Shown here piece by piece: positions 33,101 through 44,800 of a stretch of DNA of 64,000 bases (position 1 is the first letter of the stretch; each line of letters opens with the position of its first letter). Under the pieces are notes generated by a model. That model made no database searches. It saw only the letters and a list, made by a program, of their open reading frames with translations, and was not told the origin of the DNA. Position numbers and translations under genes: made by a program. This DNA is from Ostrea edulis (Eukaryota). The stretch is from positions 18,104,001-18,168,000 of the forward strand of contig NC_079164.1 in NCBI RefSeq assembly GCF_947568905.1, read 5' to 3'.

Positions 33101-34020
33101 TGTAATGGGGTGGGGGTGGGTGGGGGATTTGTGAGACATTTCATGTAGTTTTGTCTATCTAGGTTATTGTAACAGATAATGACAGATACTTTTCCCGTTA
33201 TAAATATCAGAGTTTTCTCGATATACTTTTCTTGTTTTGATGCAGAATAATGATGTAGGTACCGTTGTGATGTGTTTCTATTGATTCCAATTTATTTTAG
33301 GTCAACACATATTAAATATTGTCTTGGTATGAAACAGTCCTGTTTTTCACCACTTCTGTGTTAATAGTGCAGAATAAAAGCAAATCATTTTTCTGTTCTT
33401 TTGTTTTACCTTTTGCCGAATTAATGTGCTTCTCTGTCTCACAGAATGTGATAATCTGGGAAAAAAAAAAAAAATAAGGCAGAGATTTATGATTTGTGCA
33501 ATCTGTTCAGTACTTGGTGTTGTTTCTTTCCCGATCACTCGTAACCACCTGATACAAAAATTATTTCATTAATTTCGTTATTTATATCTACCATCATCAC
33601 CAACATTATTTAGTTAACTTTCCCAATGTTCACCTCTATGTGTTAACCCTAACCATTCTCACCTGGTTGTTGTCTTTGCACACAAGGTAATTCATGGTGG
33701 CCCATCAGCTGAACTTGCTACAGAATTCGATATCATAATCAAATGACTTCAGATCCATTCTCTTTATATTTTTGTAGTTTGTAAATTATTTTTAAATGGA
33801 CATTGTCATTTACATGTACATGTATATGAAATTGCTTTATTCTTTTTTTTTTTTTTTTTACTCAACGAGGTATTGTATCTGCCATTTATTCCAAATTTCA
33901 CATAAAGCTATATGTCATTTCCGAAGGAAAACTATGATTGCCACAACACATTAAAACTGCTCCGATTTCTATTTCTTGTAGGAGGATGCCTTGATGAATG
34001 CGGGTTATGGTCCACTGTAG
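9182..34020 (+). CDS. Uncharacterised protein of about 1414 aa: divergent TBC (Rab-GAP-like) domain plus multiple C2-like domains, 27 exons
   Basis: Exons 9182-9295, 9637-9783, 9952-10085, 10224-10326, 11397-11541, 14281-14494, 14643-14766, 15067-15244, 15726-15904, 16055-16198, 16794-16955, 17071-17186, 18052-18181, 19073-19355, 19906-20109, 20371-20548, 21014-21206, 21524-21745, 22189-22335, 23731-23899, 25521-25682, 25839-25999, 28336-28517, 28910-29045, 32126-32194, 32879-33088, 33982-34020. All GT-AG, phases chain without stops, total 4245 nt. TBC-like motifs: LPGSLRTFMWSDVL, SRVLNILYVY, DPDLYTHL, FIRRWIGEGFVSVL...VMYIWDQCFMQG. C2-like motifs: LGWARIPLF, FDFYIDSVRFIPDN, IGSCFVPVF, LAWTVVPMF...SGTHEVPLF. 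Exon 1 is the least certain. Confidence 0.85.
10327..10800 (+). repeat. 34-bp minisatellite starting at the exon-4 splice donor (unit gtaagtgagcagctgttggtgtacccaccccact), degenerate copies to about 10980
   Basis: 34-bp period verified (e.g. GT at 10559 and 10593); about 13 units. Confidence 0.9.
11239..11393 (+). repeat. About 78-bp tandem duplication immediately upstream of the exon-5 acceptor
   Basis: Two diverged copies of gtttaygtgcatcttgtttctcagtaag...ataagatagataactatggytgtg...ttattgctg. Confidence 0.8.
15527..15712. mobile_element. 186-bp pogo/Tigger-like MITE with TA target duplication
   Basis: Left TActgttaaacctgtctaatccgac versus right-end reverse complement TAcagtaaaacctgtttaatctgac (21/25). 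Confidence 0.65.
20728..20952 (+). mobile_element. tRNA-derived SINE-like repeat
   Basis: Pol III A-box-like TAGCTGAGTAGG (20732) and B-box GGTTCGAATCC (20776) at tRNA spacing, followed by a non-tRNA body. A second, inverted copy lies at about 45790-45985. Confidence 0.65.
22410..23506 (+). repeat. 44-bp minisatellite (about 25 units) with a 313-bp higher-order period
   Basis: Unit atatatgatttataactattctggtcaggcctcttatcagttca. A 49-bp variant (extra cagta) recurs at 22531, 22844 and 23157. Confidence 0.92.
23887..24905 (+). repeat. 30-bp minisatellite (about 34 units) made of the exon-20 3' end plus its splice donor
   Basis: Unit gaggtcccagtcagtaaggcaacattttgt. The first unit spans the junction gaggtcccagtgg|gtaagg at 23899/23900. 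Confidence 0.92.
25118..25399 (+). repeat. 36-bp minisatellite (about 8 units)
   Basis: Unit gaggagtacttctagctagctgtctgtatgactcgg; period verified at 25141/25177. Confidence 0.9.
26143..28010 (+). mobile_element. Helentron-associated (HINE / CvA-like) element interrupted by a Kolobok-like insert
   Basis: Perfect 11-bp subterminal inverted repeats ataccccacgc (26145) / gcgtggggtat (27983). 3' hairpin gtgagcttcctcac followed by a T run. Confidence 0.65.
26258..27827. mobile_element. 1570-bp non-autonomous Kolobok-like DNA transposon, TTAA target duplication
   Basis: TTAA|aggacacatcgcatgtttctaaa ... tttgaaaacacgagatgtatcat|TTAA (about 21/27 inverted match). The host repeat resumes after the right TTAA. 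Confidence 0.65.
29120..31637 (+). mobile_element. HINE/CvA-like element with tandem core repeats, interrupted by a Tc1/pogo-like MITE
   Basis: 5' ggtcacctgag / 3' ttcaggtgacc subterminal inverted repeat, gtcc/gtc microsatellite after the 5' end, tandem cores, and 3' aaggactgtgggcctcttgtt. Same family as 56417-58167. Confidence 0.75.
29988..31092. mobile_element. 1105-bp Tc1/mariner-pogo-type non-autonomous element with perfect 26-bp TIRs and an internal 22-bp tandem array
   Basis: TA|cagtaccaaccagacccaacctgaca ... tgtcaggttgggtctggttggtactg|TA. The host aaacttggtata|tagt is restored on removal (compare about 56780). 22-bp cagtcccgcaccagtcccaggg array at about 30075-30375. Confidence 0.85.
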
Positions 34021-36177
34021 AACCTGGAACAATGGGTAACCAATACCTTATGAGTTCAAATAGAACCATGCAGACCCTGCCAAATTGTTGTCTTTTCACA
34101 GCATTTCCAGAGCTTTGTGTGCCTGTGTTAGAGCACCCATTTCACTAATTTGGAAGTGGAGCTTTTTCATATCTGTTAAAGAAATCACCAGTGATTTTGC
34201 AAATCCATAATTCCTCGAATTTATCCAAACTGTTTTAATAGACGGATTAGGTATCAGAAACTAGCTAATGATAGGGAAAAAAAAAGATTTATCATACCAG
34301 TAGAGGAGGATATAATTTCATTGATCAAAAAGATATCTTTTATATTTTTTTATATTGATGAATGATGTGGGTGGTATTTGTATCCCCCCTTTCTTCTCTT
34401 AAACTGATTTTTAGATTTAATTGCATGGGAACACCAAATTGGAAACAATTTGACTTTTCTGAAAATAAGTATAAAGGTGTCGGAAACATATATTTCAGAT
34501 TTGAACACAAAAGGATAAAATTGCCCCTGGTACAATTTATTTTTTACATACAGGTGAATGTAAAAGAAATAGATTTGTATGTAGAATAAGATATATACAT
34601 GATTGTAAATACTGTGGAGGACAAGATCTTCTGTTCTAGACATATCTTGAATTATCTGTATGAATTCTGTCTATCATGACTGGTGCAATTATATGTAATC
34701 ACTATTGTCAGTTTTAGTTGTATCGGTTGTGATTATTAGTTTTTACAGAGATTAACATTTTAATAAAATTGTTTACACACAGTGTAGTTCATTTCTTACA
34801 AATACTTTTTTTAAGAAACCAGGTGAAGAGTGGTCAATGTCATAAATCCTATAAAGAATACAAAATTGAGAGTAGGGCAGACACAAAGCCACGGAAACAG
34901 CAGAGGTGTCTAGTATCTCAATCAGGTGAATGGAGTAATCCATAGTCAGATCAACATGTAAAAAACAACCTAAAAATTGAGGAAAGAAACATGTCTGACA
35001 GCAATCGACCAAATAAGATCATTATAATGACCATGCAGTTTGCAAAATGCTGACTTAAAAATGGAACTCCTGTGATATCAACTTAATAAAATTAATAATT
35101 AATAAAATTGTCTGTAACCTGCTGCGGTTTCAAAATTGACCAGAATATGCACTTGTGTATCAAATCAACACCATATCCAGGTGATAATGGAATATTTGAA
35201 AAGTTGATAGGGAAGCTGAAGTCATCCCATTGGCTATAAAGCTGAATTATTAGATTTCTGTTAATGTGTATGCGCAATAAAATATCTAAATATGAAGCAG
35301 ATAAGGGAGACTCAGTGGTTTATTTTGAGTTCACTGGGATGTATCGAATTGACATGAATAAAACTGAATTTTGTAAAGTTTATACATGACATTTCTACCA
35401 TTTTTTTTTTCTAAAACTTTTTTAATGTCCAATATGAAGAGTATTTGTATGATACTGGTATATGAAATAGGTCTGAAATTTACAGTGTAGTAATATTACT
35501 ATACAGTATATCGATGTGGCTACCTCAGTGGTTTTATAACTCAACTAGTAATGCAAGTATCCCAGGTTCGATCTCCAATTGATCCAAAGATTGTTCTCTC
35601 CTTCTTTGATGTAATAAGTCGGTAATGTCTATAATGCAACCTTTGGTGATGCAAGAGTTCACATTTTTACTTGCAACAACCAGAACTATCAAAATATGCT
35701 AACTCTAAAACAAACCTGATAATGTACACCAAATCTTTGAAGTCTTTTTGTAGAAACAAGATGGGATGAAAGGGAATTATTGCTGGTACTTGAAATGTCA
35801 TAGAAACTTGCACAATTGTATACATGATCTTCGAGAAATGTTTTGTATGACCAGGGGTGGGGGTGGATTGGGCCGTCATATGAAGTCAAAGATTTAGAAA
35901 ATCTCTTAAGATTTTCTTATCTAGAACCTCTGATTCATATCTATATACAGGCATTTCCTTATAGTGCAGATTCATTTTTGGCTTAAATAGCTAGGGCATC
36001 ATACTTGTGAACATATTAGAAAATTTGTGGAAACAGAGCAGCAGGGCCACAGTACTCGCATCAATACATGTATATAAGCGTACTGAATCAGATGTTTTTC
36101 ATGGACCTGGGGGAGGGGGGGGTTAAAATCAGGGATCTTTATTTCTCGGGGACTTTATATACCAGCAGGGGTGACTT

Positions 36178-37075
36178 TGTTTATCAGTAGAAGTGACTTT
36201 GTTTAACAGTAGAATGACTTTGTATATCAGTAGAATGACTTTGTTTATCAGTAGAATGACTTTGTTTATCAGTATAGGTGAAATTGTTTATCAATAGAAG
36301 TGACTTTATTTATCAGTAGAAGTGACTTTGTTTATCAGTAGAATGACTTTGTTTATCAGTAGAAGTGACTTTGTTTATCAGTAGAAGTGACTTTGTTTAT
36401 CAGTAGAATGACTTTGTTTAACAGTAGAAGTGACTTTGTTTATCAGTAGAATGACTTTGTTTATCAGTAAAAGTGATTGTGTTTATCAGTAGAAGTGACT
36501 TTGTTTATCAGTAGAATGACTTTGTTTATCAGTAGAATGACTTTGTTTAACAGTAGAATGACTTTGTTTATCAGTAGAAGTGACTTTGTTTATCAGTAGA
36601 ATGACTTTGTTTATCAGTAGAAGTGACTTTGTTTATCAGTAGAATGACTGTTTATCAGTAGAATGACATTGTTTATCAGTAGAATGACTTTGTTTAACAG
36701 TAGAATGACTTTGTTTATCAGTAGAAGTGACTTTGTTTATCAGTAGAATGACTTTGTTTAACAGTAGAAGTGACTTTGTTTATTAGCAGAATGACTTTGT
36801 TTAACAGTAGAAGTGACTTCCTTTATCAGTAGGACTTTGTCTATCAGTTAAAGCGACCTTTTCATCAGTAGAAAGACTTTGTTTACCAGTTCTAATGTAG
36901 AATGACTTTGTTTACAGTAGAAGAGACTTTATTTACCATTACAAATACTTTTAAAATAGCTTTGTTTATCAGTAAAAATGGATTTGTCCATCAGTCTTAG
37001 TGACTTTGTTAACCATTACAAATAGGTTTGTTTATCAGTACATGACTATTTATCAGTAGAAATAACTTTGTTTAT
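36178..37075 (+). repeat. 21/22-bp minisatellite (cagtagaa[g]tgactttgtttat), about 40 units
   Basis: Read directly; two length variants alternate irregularly. Confidence 0.9.
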
Positions 37076-37306
37076 AAATTCAATATCGGATGCCAGGCCT
37101 ACTTTTATCAAAGATTGCAAATGCTGTCGTAGGCGTAGTTTTAAGGGCCAGCACCGTAATTCATTTAAAAGGTTCGCAAGAACAACTTTGGAGATTGTAA
37201 ATTATTGTATTTGAACAATATTCTGAGCAAATTTTCTTCTATAATGCTTTACAAAATATTTTCTCGTTTTAAAAGAAATAGAAAGCATCGAAATTATTCC
37301 CGTTTA

Positions 37307-38599
37307 CGAGAGTTGTTCGATATGTAATGTGTATTGTACCACAGCGCGATAACGCTTTGCTCGATTTCGTGGATGATGATACTCTTGAATAGCTCTATTC
37401 AATACCTTTCCAACGATATAAACACGAACCTTCAGCTCCACATAGTTTTAAACTTATAAGCTCCACATAGTTTTAAACTTATAGTCATTTCAATAGAGCC
37501 AGTCGGTTGACCACTGTTGTAAAAATAGTTGGGGAAACGGGTTGAGACTATTGAAGAAATTAGAGCTTATATAAAAGTTTGCACAAAACTCGGTCATTCG
37601 GTAATGCAGATTTTTACTGAATTGGGGGAAGTTTATGAGTCTAATAAGGTATCTTATGAGACAGTTCGCAGGTGGAGAAAAAAATTTCTGACTGGCACAT
37701 AGTCCGTCAAAGATGCAGCAAAATCTGGCTGAACTGCAACAAGCAAGGCAACGGAAATAATTGAAAGTGATGGAAGATACACGATTCGTGATTTTGCCAA
37801 AGCTGTTGGAATATCGCTATCGCGGGTGCATTTCATTTTGAAAGTACGAAAGATTTCTGCCAGATGGATACCGCATACATTGACAGATGACCAAAAAACG
37901 GGTACGAGTACAAACCGCTAAGTTCAAAATGTTTCCCAAATTCAACCAAAGACAATTTGCAAACATTGTTACTGGTGACGAAACATGGGTTCACTATTTC
38001 GAACCAGTAAGAAAAATTGGAAACAAAATATGGCTAACTAAACACGGTAGAAGACATGTAGTTGCCAAAAGAACCATAAGCTTTATTGCATATTCTTCTC
38101 ATGTGATGGTAAATAGCTGTACAGATTCCGGTGTCGAAGGACAACAGTGTTACAGGTCGGTATTACCGAGATGTTATACTAAAAAAGCTCATGACAAGAA
38201 ATATAAACGACGCCCTGTGTCAGGATTTAGGCATGTTCGTCTACTTCATGATAATGCTCCATCACATACATCTGAGATTGTGAAGCAAGTTTTGAAGTCG
38301 GAGAAGGTTACCGTCTTGCCACACCCACCATACTCTCCAAATCTAGCCCCATGCGACTTTTTCCTTTTTCCAAAACTTAAAAAGTTCTTATCTGGTCGTC
38401 GTTACAAGTCCCGACAAGCCATCAGTCAGTGCCTCAGAGGTCTACCTAAATCAGCGTACCGTGACGCATTTCAGAAATGGATTCAGAGATTTCAAACCGC
38501 GGAGAATACGTTGAAGGGATTTTTAAATGTTCATTTCACTATTTGAGTCGAATGCTTTGAGATATTGTACAATACGCATTGCATATCTAACAGTCCTCG
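37307..38599 (+). mobile_element. Full-length (1293 bp) but defective mariner DD34D transposon
   Basis: 33-bp TIRs (cgagagttgttcgatatgtaatgtgtattgtac; 27/33 match) and TA duplications at 37305-06 and 38600-01. The transposase remnant has IVTGDETW, LLHDNA and PYSPNLAPCD, with 34 residues between the second and third D. Confidence 0.93.
37550..38546 (+). pseudogene. Disrupted mariner transposase
   Basis: The N-terminal HTH segment (EEIRAYIKVCTKLGHS...TVRRWRKKF) contains stops and frameshifts. The catalytic region is in ORF 37887-38546, with a scrambled middle part. Confidence 0.85.
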
Positions 38600-39052
38600 T
38601 AAATCCCTCATTACGTAAACAAAAATCGTTACAATATCGGTATTTGATTAACGTTAAAACGAACTACTTTGCTCTCGGACCCCAATTTTTTTTTTTAAAG
38701 ACTGTCAAATAGGTCTTGACATTATCTACAACCTTTGTTCTACAACTTTTAACAATGAAAATGTTTTTCAGTCTCAAGATATTATTAAATGATATATTTA
38801 ATTTTAGGGGCCGGTCCCGTTATTCCTTCAAGGGGATCGCAAGAAAACTTTCGAAGATTGCATATTACTGGTATTCAAAATAACATTCTGAGCAATTTTT
38901 GTTCTTTGATATTTTACAAAATATTTTTATAAGAGATAGAAAGCATTGATCACAATGTCGTGCATCATTCCCCAATAAACCTCTTATTACGTGATTATAC
39001 CAGTAGTCGAAGAACGTAAGGAGAAACAGTGCTTTACAAATTCTTTACAGTT

Positions 39053-39119
39053 CTAGCCAAGGGTTTACGATCCGCTCCGCTTTGTAGAGAAGCGGAGCGG
39101 ATCGTAAACTCTTGGCTAG
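39053..39119. repeat. Short hairpin MITE-like element (30-bp arms); related copy at 5241-5308
   Basis: ctagccaagggtttacgatccgctccgctt / aagcggagcggatcgtaaactcttggctag. The 5241-5308 copy shares atcttcgctagcca...tggctagcggagat ends. Confidence 0.7.
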
Positions 39120-39568
39120 CGAAGATGGATATACATGTACATGTATTTAGGAAATACTTACGATCCCTCTCGGTCCCTTATATATTTAAGGGGCTGACCC
39201 CTAGGATTTGATATTGTCAAATACATGTAGATCTTAACATTATATACAAATTTTGTTCTACATGTCTTAACTAATCAATTTTGTATGAAAATATATTAAT
39301 GAAAACGTTTCAAAAATTGCATAAAATATTCGTGGCTCGTTTTCGAGCCCTACCGAGCCCCAACGCCGGTGCATTTTGCATTCATTCGTAAATCGATTCG
39401 ATATACATGTATCCCTGTGAAGTCAAAATAAGACACCAGAGTCCTCCACATCTGCTTCACACTCAGATATTTTATTGAAATAAGTATTAAAGTATATAGA
39501 AAACAAATCCTCACTAATGTCCAAAAGGTTGCTATTAGGAGGCTTTGACTTAAATCCAGACATGACTT

Positions 39569-39643
39569 AAAATTAGATCCTATGATCAGCTCATCTACAC
39601 TAGTGTAGCGATAGTAGATGAACGGATCATAGGATCTAATTTT
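39569..39643. repeat. Hairpin with 30-bp arms (28/30)
   Basis: aaaattagatcctatgatcagctcatctac / gtagatgaacggatcataggatctaatttt. Confidence 0.75.
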
Positions 39644-40334
39644 AATTAAATTGCATAGTCTTGCAACATCAATAAAGACGTTTTGAATGTGTAGAAAAAA
39701 CATGATTATACTTGAAAAACCAATCACCTTAGACCATCACCTGGCTCTTGAATAAAGGTAAACTTACCTTGAGGGTACTAATTACTTAAACCAGCCAGCA
39801 TCAATCAAGATAAATTCTGATGATTCTGAGGATAAATAGTACAGAAGGGTTAAGATAAGTTAAGTATGTTGTTAAACTTTTCTCTCGCTTCGCTCGGCAC
39901 CAAATCTCTTGGTACTCGAGAAAAGTTTACCAACATGTACATATACTTAACGATCTACGATCAGTTAGTCAAATGGCTGCCTTCTTTCCACCAACAACAA
40001 AGGGAATCGCAACGGACTTTGTTATTAAATTTGGTGGCGATTTTCCTTTTCCCAAGTGATGGGAAACTCTTCCAGTATTCACTACTATAATGTTACTATT
40101 CTGTGACGTATGATGTAACGATTCCTTATGCGATTTGACCAAGGTAAGTTACTGTCAAAATGCACCTCTAAAACGCTAACTAACTAGTCCTATTAAATAT
40201 TGTGTAAGTCGTTACACTATGGGAATGCCATAGGCATCTGTTGATACAAAAAGATTCGCCGTTTTCCTGAACACTTTGCACTTCCAAGAGGAAGAGGCAA
40301 AAGTTCGATTTATTCACTTAACATTTTACAAAGA

Positions 40335-40949
40335 TCAGAAAGCTAGATTTCCGAAATTATCAAGCATTTTCTCCAGATGGTCAATGTTTGGAACAAATTC
40401 AGGTGGCAATATCCTCTGACGTGGAGGCACCTCTGGTAATGTTTTCGTATCCAACTTTTCGAAGTCGAAGGCTAGTATTTCTTCACAAGTGTTAAAACTG
40501 CTTGGTATGGCCTTCTCCATTTCTAAGGCTTTCTGCAAATTTCTATCTATTATTGCTTTTTGTCCCTCTAAGAGTTTAAAATGCTCCCCCTTTTTCTCTC
40601 TTGCTTGTCTCAAATATTCCTCTTTGGCATTCCTGGCGGCTGTCTCGAGATTTTCTCCGTGGATTCTGATGTTTTTATCAACGGTTCGGTATTTGTCGTT
40701 GATTTCTTTCTCTTCGACAGTGATATCTTGTTCTTGTTCTTGATATAAGGAAATGGCATGTCTCACCCTCTCGATTTCTTGAGCAATTATCCCTTTCCTC
40801 AGTTTACACAGATCTTCTAGATCATCCACGTGATGCTTTTTGTGGGAAAGGGCATGGCATTCACCGCAAATCGCAGCACTACATTCTTTACAGAAAAGGT
40901 CACAGACGCGAGATTCGTGAGTCTTGCAGTTTGGAAGTTGAAAATCCAT
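40335..40949 (-). CDS. B-box type 2 zinc finger + coiled-coil protein (truncated TRIM-like), 204 aa, single coding exon
   Basis: MDFQLPN-CKTH-x7-CKEC-x4-CGEC-x4-HKKH fits the B-box2 pattern and is followed by a heptad-rich helix. AATAAA lies about 20 nt after the stop (tttatt at 40309-40314). An upstream in-frame stop supports the ATG at 40949. Confidence 0.8.
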   Translation of the reverse strand: MDFQLPNCKTHESRVCDLFCKECSAAICGECHALSHKKHHVDDLEDLCKLRKGIIAQEIERVRHAISLYQEQEQDITVEEKEINDKYRTVDKNIRIHGENLETAARNAKEEYLRQAREKKGEHFKLLEGQKAIIDRNLQKALEMEKAIPSSFNTCEEILAFDFEKLDTKTLPEVPPRQRILPPEFVPNIDHLEKMLDNFGNLAF

Positions 40950-41839
40950 TCCCTTCAAAAGCAGTCAGAGATTCCTTACACTGTATAAGGCTATGCAGTT
41001 CTCGATAATCTTAAGAAGAATATTTCTTTTGAATGCAGTGTTTTTAATACACAACCACGGAATTACCATTTGACTGTTTCTTTTTAACTTTCGAAATGTT
41101 CCGATTAAGATAGGACCGCTCTTGAATAACATGACGGGTTTCTCTGGAGAATAGTCTGAACATTAAGTACAGACAAATATAACCTTGATATACATAATAG
41201 ATTTAAAGTTGGTGTATTCAAATGTTCCAATGTGCGATTCATCATTCAGATAAATCGAGATCTGAGACAGTGTTGAAAAGAATCTTTTTTTAAATCAATG
41301 TAACTGTGTTACTTGATACTCCAGTGTTTTGATTGTTTCGTTTGATTTTTATTTGATAAAAGCATAATTACCTATTTTGACACCCTATTTATATCTTGAG
41401 GTTTGGAAATAGTGTTATGGTCAAATAACATCAGATGGCCATGTCCTGTTGCCATTGGATCCCCCACTCTGTAGTTTTTATGTTTCTTAATTTGTGTCTG
41501 TATGATTTTAGCATGAGAAACAAAATTTAATTCATGGATGAGTAATCCAAAACATCTCTACTTTCGTTTTTAGAATCTGTTTTGCAGTCCGTATATATAA
41601 AGGATGTTTGTTACGAATTCATTCCCCTTTGGTAAACTAACTGTTTCATTGGTGATCAGAAAACAGTAGAAGATATGACAGGCTTCAAAACTTACAGTTT
41701 ATGGTAGCACCAAACGGTATCGGTCTCTGTCCCAGGTTTGAATTATGTGTTTATTTCCGTTGACGGTAGAGAAAAAATATATAATTCGGTGGAAAAAAAA
41801 TCTAAAATAAATTTCTTTGGAAAATTTAGTAAACACGCA

Positions 41840-44800
41840 TTTTAATAATAACAAAATGATAATAATACCATATTTATATAGCACCCTTTTCATACACTAT
41901 GTACGCTCAAAGGTGCTTTACAATGCATGTATACCTTACAACAGAATGTTATACACATAATACATAGAAAATAAATAAAACATTAAAAAGCAATGATACA
42001 CTGTATAAAAGGCGTTATCACAGGTCAATAGTCCGTAGCTGTACCTATCCTGATTGTACATATAAAACATGAAAACACAAGATACCATAAATATGCTAGA
42101 TAATAATAAACATCAGTTTCAGGGCGTATCAAAATAATAATAATAATAATAATGAAATACACACACGCACACACAGCATATAATGTCTCAGTTATAGTAC
42201 ATTAAAACATTGATTTTTTTAAAAATATAAAACATCACAGAATGGTACTCGAAAACTAAAACACACAGTCAAAACAGATAAGATAATCTTAATGCACTGA
42301 AACAGCAAACACGAATAACTGAAATGATAGAAACTAGTTCTGGCAAACTTGATGGAAAAAAAATGTGTTTTCAGTGACTTCTTGAACGCACACAGTGTTC
42401 TACAGTCCCTTACATGTTCTGGAAGGGCATTCCACAGTTTGGAGCTATTGTTCTGAAACACCGATCCCCGTACGTAAAGGTTCGACTTTTTGGAACAACT
42501 AGAGTGACCGATTGTTTTATAGACCTAAGATTTCGGGTAGGTTTATATACCTCTAGTAATTGTTTGATATAAGTTGGGCACTCATCATGTACATGTAAGG
42601 CTTTGTAAGTATAAGTAAGTATCTTATATTGTGTCCTATACTGCACAGGTAACCAGTATAGTTCTCTTAGTATTGGAGTGATATGGTTGTAACGAGAGGT
42701 CCTGGATATGAGACGTGCGGCAGTGTTCTGAATATGTTGGAGCTTGCTCAGGACTGTCTTTGGAACACCAACCAGGGGAGCATTACAGTAATCTAACCTT
42801 GATGTAACTCGGGAGTTCACAAGAGATTAAGTTGCTTCTGTTGTTAAATATTTTCTGATGTGGCCTTTTTGCGGCAACTGTGCATAACAAGATCTGCTGA
42901 CAGAGTTCACTTGTTTCTCCATATCCATCTTGGAGTCAAACATGACACCAAGATTTCGAACGCAGGTTGAAGGATTAATATATGACTCACCTACTGTCAC
43001 TGAAATGTTTCTAATAAGATTTGCATTACGACCAGATGCAAACACAATTACCTCGGTCTTATCCGTGTTGAGTTTCAACATACTACCATGCATCTAAAAC
43101 ACGATGTCGTATAGACAACGCTCAATACGATGTAATGTCTCTGCCTGTGTAGCTATGCCCGCTGGGTTAAAAGACAGATAAAGCTGAGAGTCATCAGCGT
43201 AAAAATGGTGATCAAGTCCATGATATCTACAAATGGAACCAATTGGTTTTGTGTACATTGTATAGAATTTGTGACCCAGCACTGATCATTGCGGCACACT
43301 AAAATTCATTTTCACTGGCTTTGACTTGACACCATCTATGCAGACCATTTGGTGACGGTCACTGAGGTAAGATGATATCCAGCCTAGTGATTTGCCTGTT
43401 ATTCCGAACAGATGTTCAAGTCGGTGCAACAGGGTAGTGTGTTCGATAGTGTCAAATGCAGCGGAAAGATCCAGCATAACAAGTAAAGTGACATCATTTT
43501 GGTCTAAAAAATTGTAGTATATCAGTCTGTACCTTCAGTAGTGCAGATTCCGTGGATTGGAACTGCCTATATGCTGACTGGTGTTCTTCATGAAGGTTAT
43601 TTAATGTCAAATGGTCTTCAATACGGGAGTTCACTACCTTTTCCAGAACCTTTGAAACAAAAGGCAAATTGGACACAGGTCTATAGTTCTTAAGAGTATT
43701 TGGTTCAAGATTTGCTTTTTTCAGAAGAGGTCTTATATATGCTTTTTTGAATGCTGCTGGTACACTTGCAAATTTAAGCGATAGGTTTATAATGTTTGTC
43801 AGAATTGGTAGAAGTTCTTGCAAACAAGATTTTAAAAGGCCTGTTGGTATTGGGTCTAGCTCACACGATTTATTAGGCGAATGCTTGATTACTCTCTCTT
43901 CCTCCTCCTCTGTAACAGAAGTGAACTCCTCCAGGAGAGTCATGGTCGTGTCTACTTCTGCCTCGAAATTGTCCGTACATATTTCAGGCTGAGACTTTAA
44001 ATTTATATTATCTTTTATACACTCTATTTTATTTATGAAAAAGTCACTGAAGTCTTGGGCAAGCTCACATTATGCTTTGCCAGATGGTAGTACAACCTCA
44101 CTGGGACTTTCAAACAAATACTTTGTCACTTTAAATAGATTCTTTGGGTCTTGCTGACCTGATGATAGTTTTTTCTGTGTAGTAATTTAGTCTAGCCTGT
44201 CTGAGCAATTTGATCACATTACCACACTGATTTCTATAAATGTCATGATCGATTGTGAGTCTTGTCCTGTGCCATTTGCGACGTTCCAATTTACGCCTCA
44301 GATGTTTTGCCTCACGAAGTTCTTCAGTGTACCAGGGGCAGGTAGGTCTAATTATAATTGTTTTTGTACGTTGTGGGGGATGCTTTTCAACAAGCAATGA
44401 AAGTTATCTGTTGTATAACAACTATCTCTTCAATGTCCACATATTTTTAGAGAATCCTTCAGAACTTTTGACACTTCATTGTCCTTCCTGAAAGACTCCA
44501 CATTGATGGATCTGAGTTTTCTGTTTCTGTAACTGTTTTCCTCAAAGGAGCAGGTTTGGAGGCACATGCATTGATGATTATTGCGAAATGATCACGCAAC
44601 ACATTACCAGAACCGTCTGATAAACCAGGATCGATCACTTCCACCGTGGAAACAATATTGTCAGTATCTCTTGTAATGATCACATCCAGTGTGTGACCAC
44701 GGACATGCGTTGGTTCATTCACATGTTGCGGCATGCCGCAAGACTGCAGGATACTATTGAACCTCATCGTGTCTCTATGTGTTGGAAAGTCAAGATGCAG

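Noticed and set aside
34350-35889. Several 60-97 aa ORFs downstream of the TBC-C2 gene
   Set aside because: AT-rich 3'UTR or intergenic sequence and repeat fragments, with no consistent splice sites or domains.
22410-37075. Regular short-repeat arrays as possible CRISPR loci
   Set aside because: The units are contiguous with no unique spacers, there are no cas genes, and the context is eukaryotic introns.
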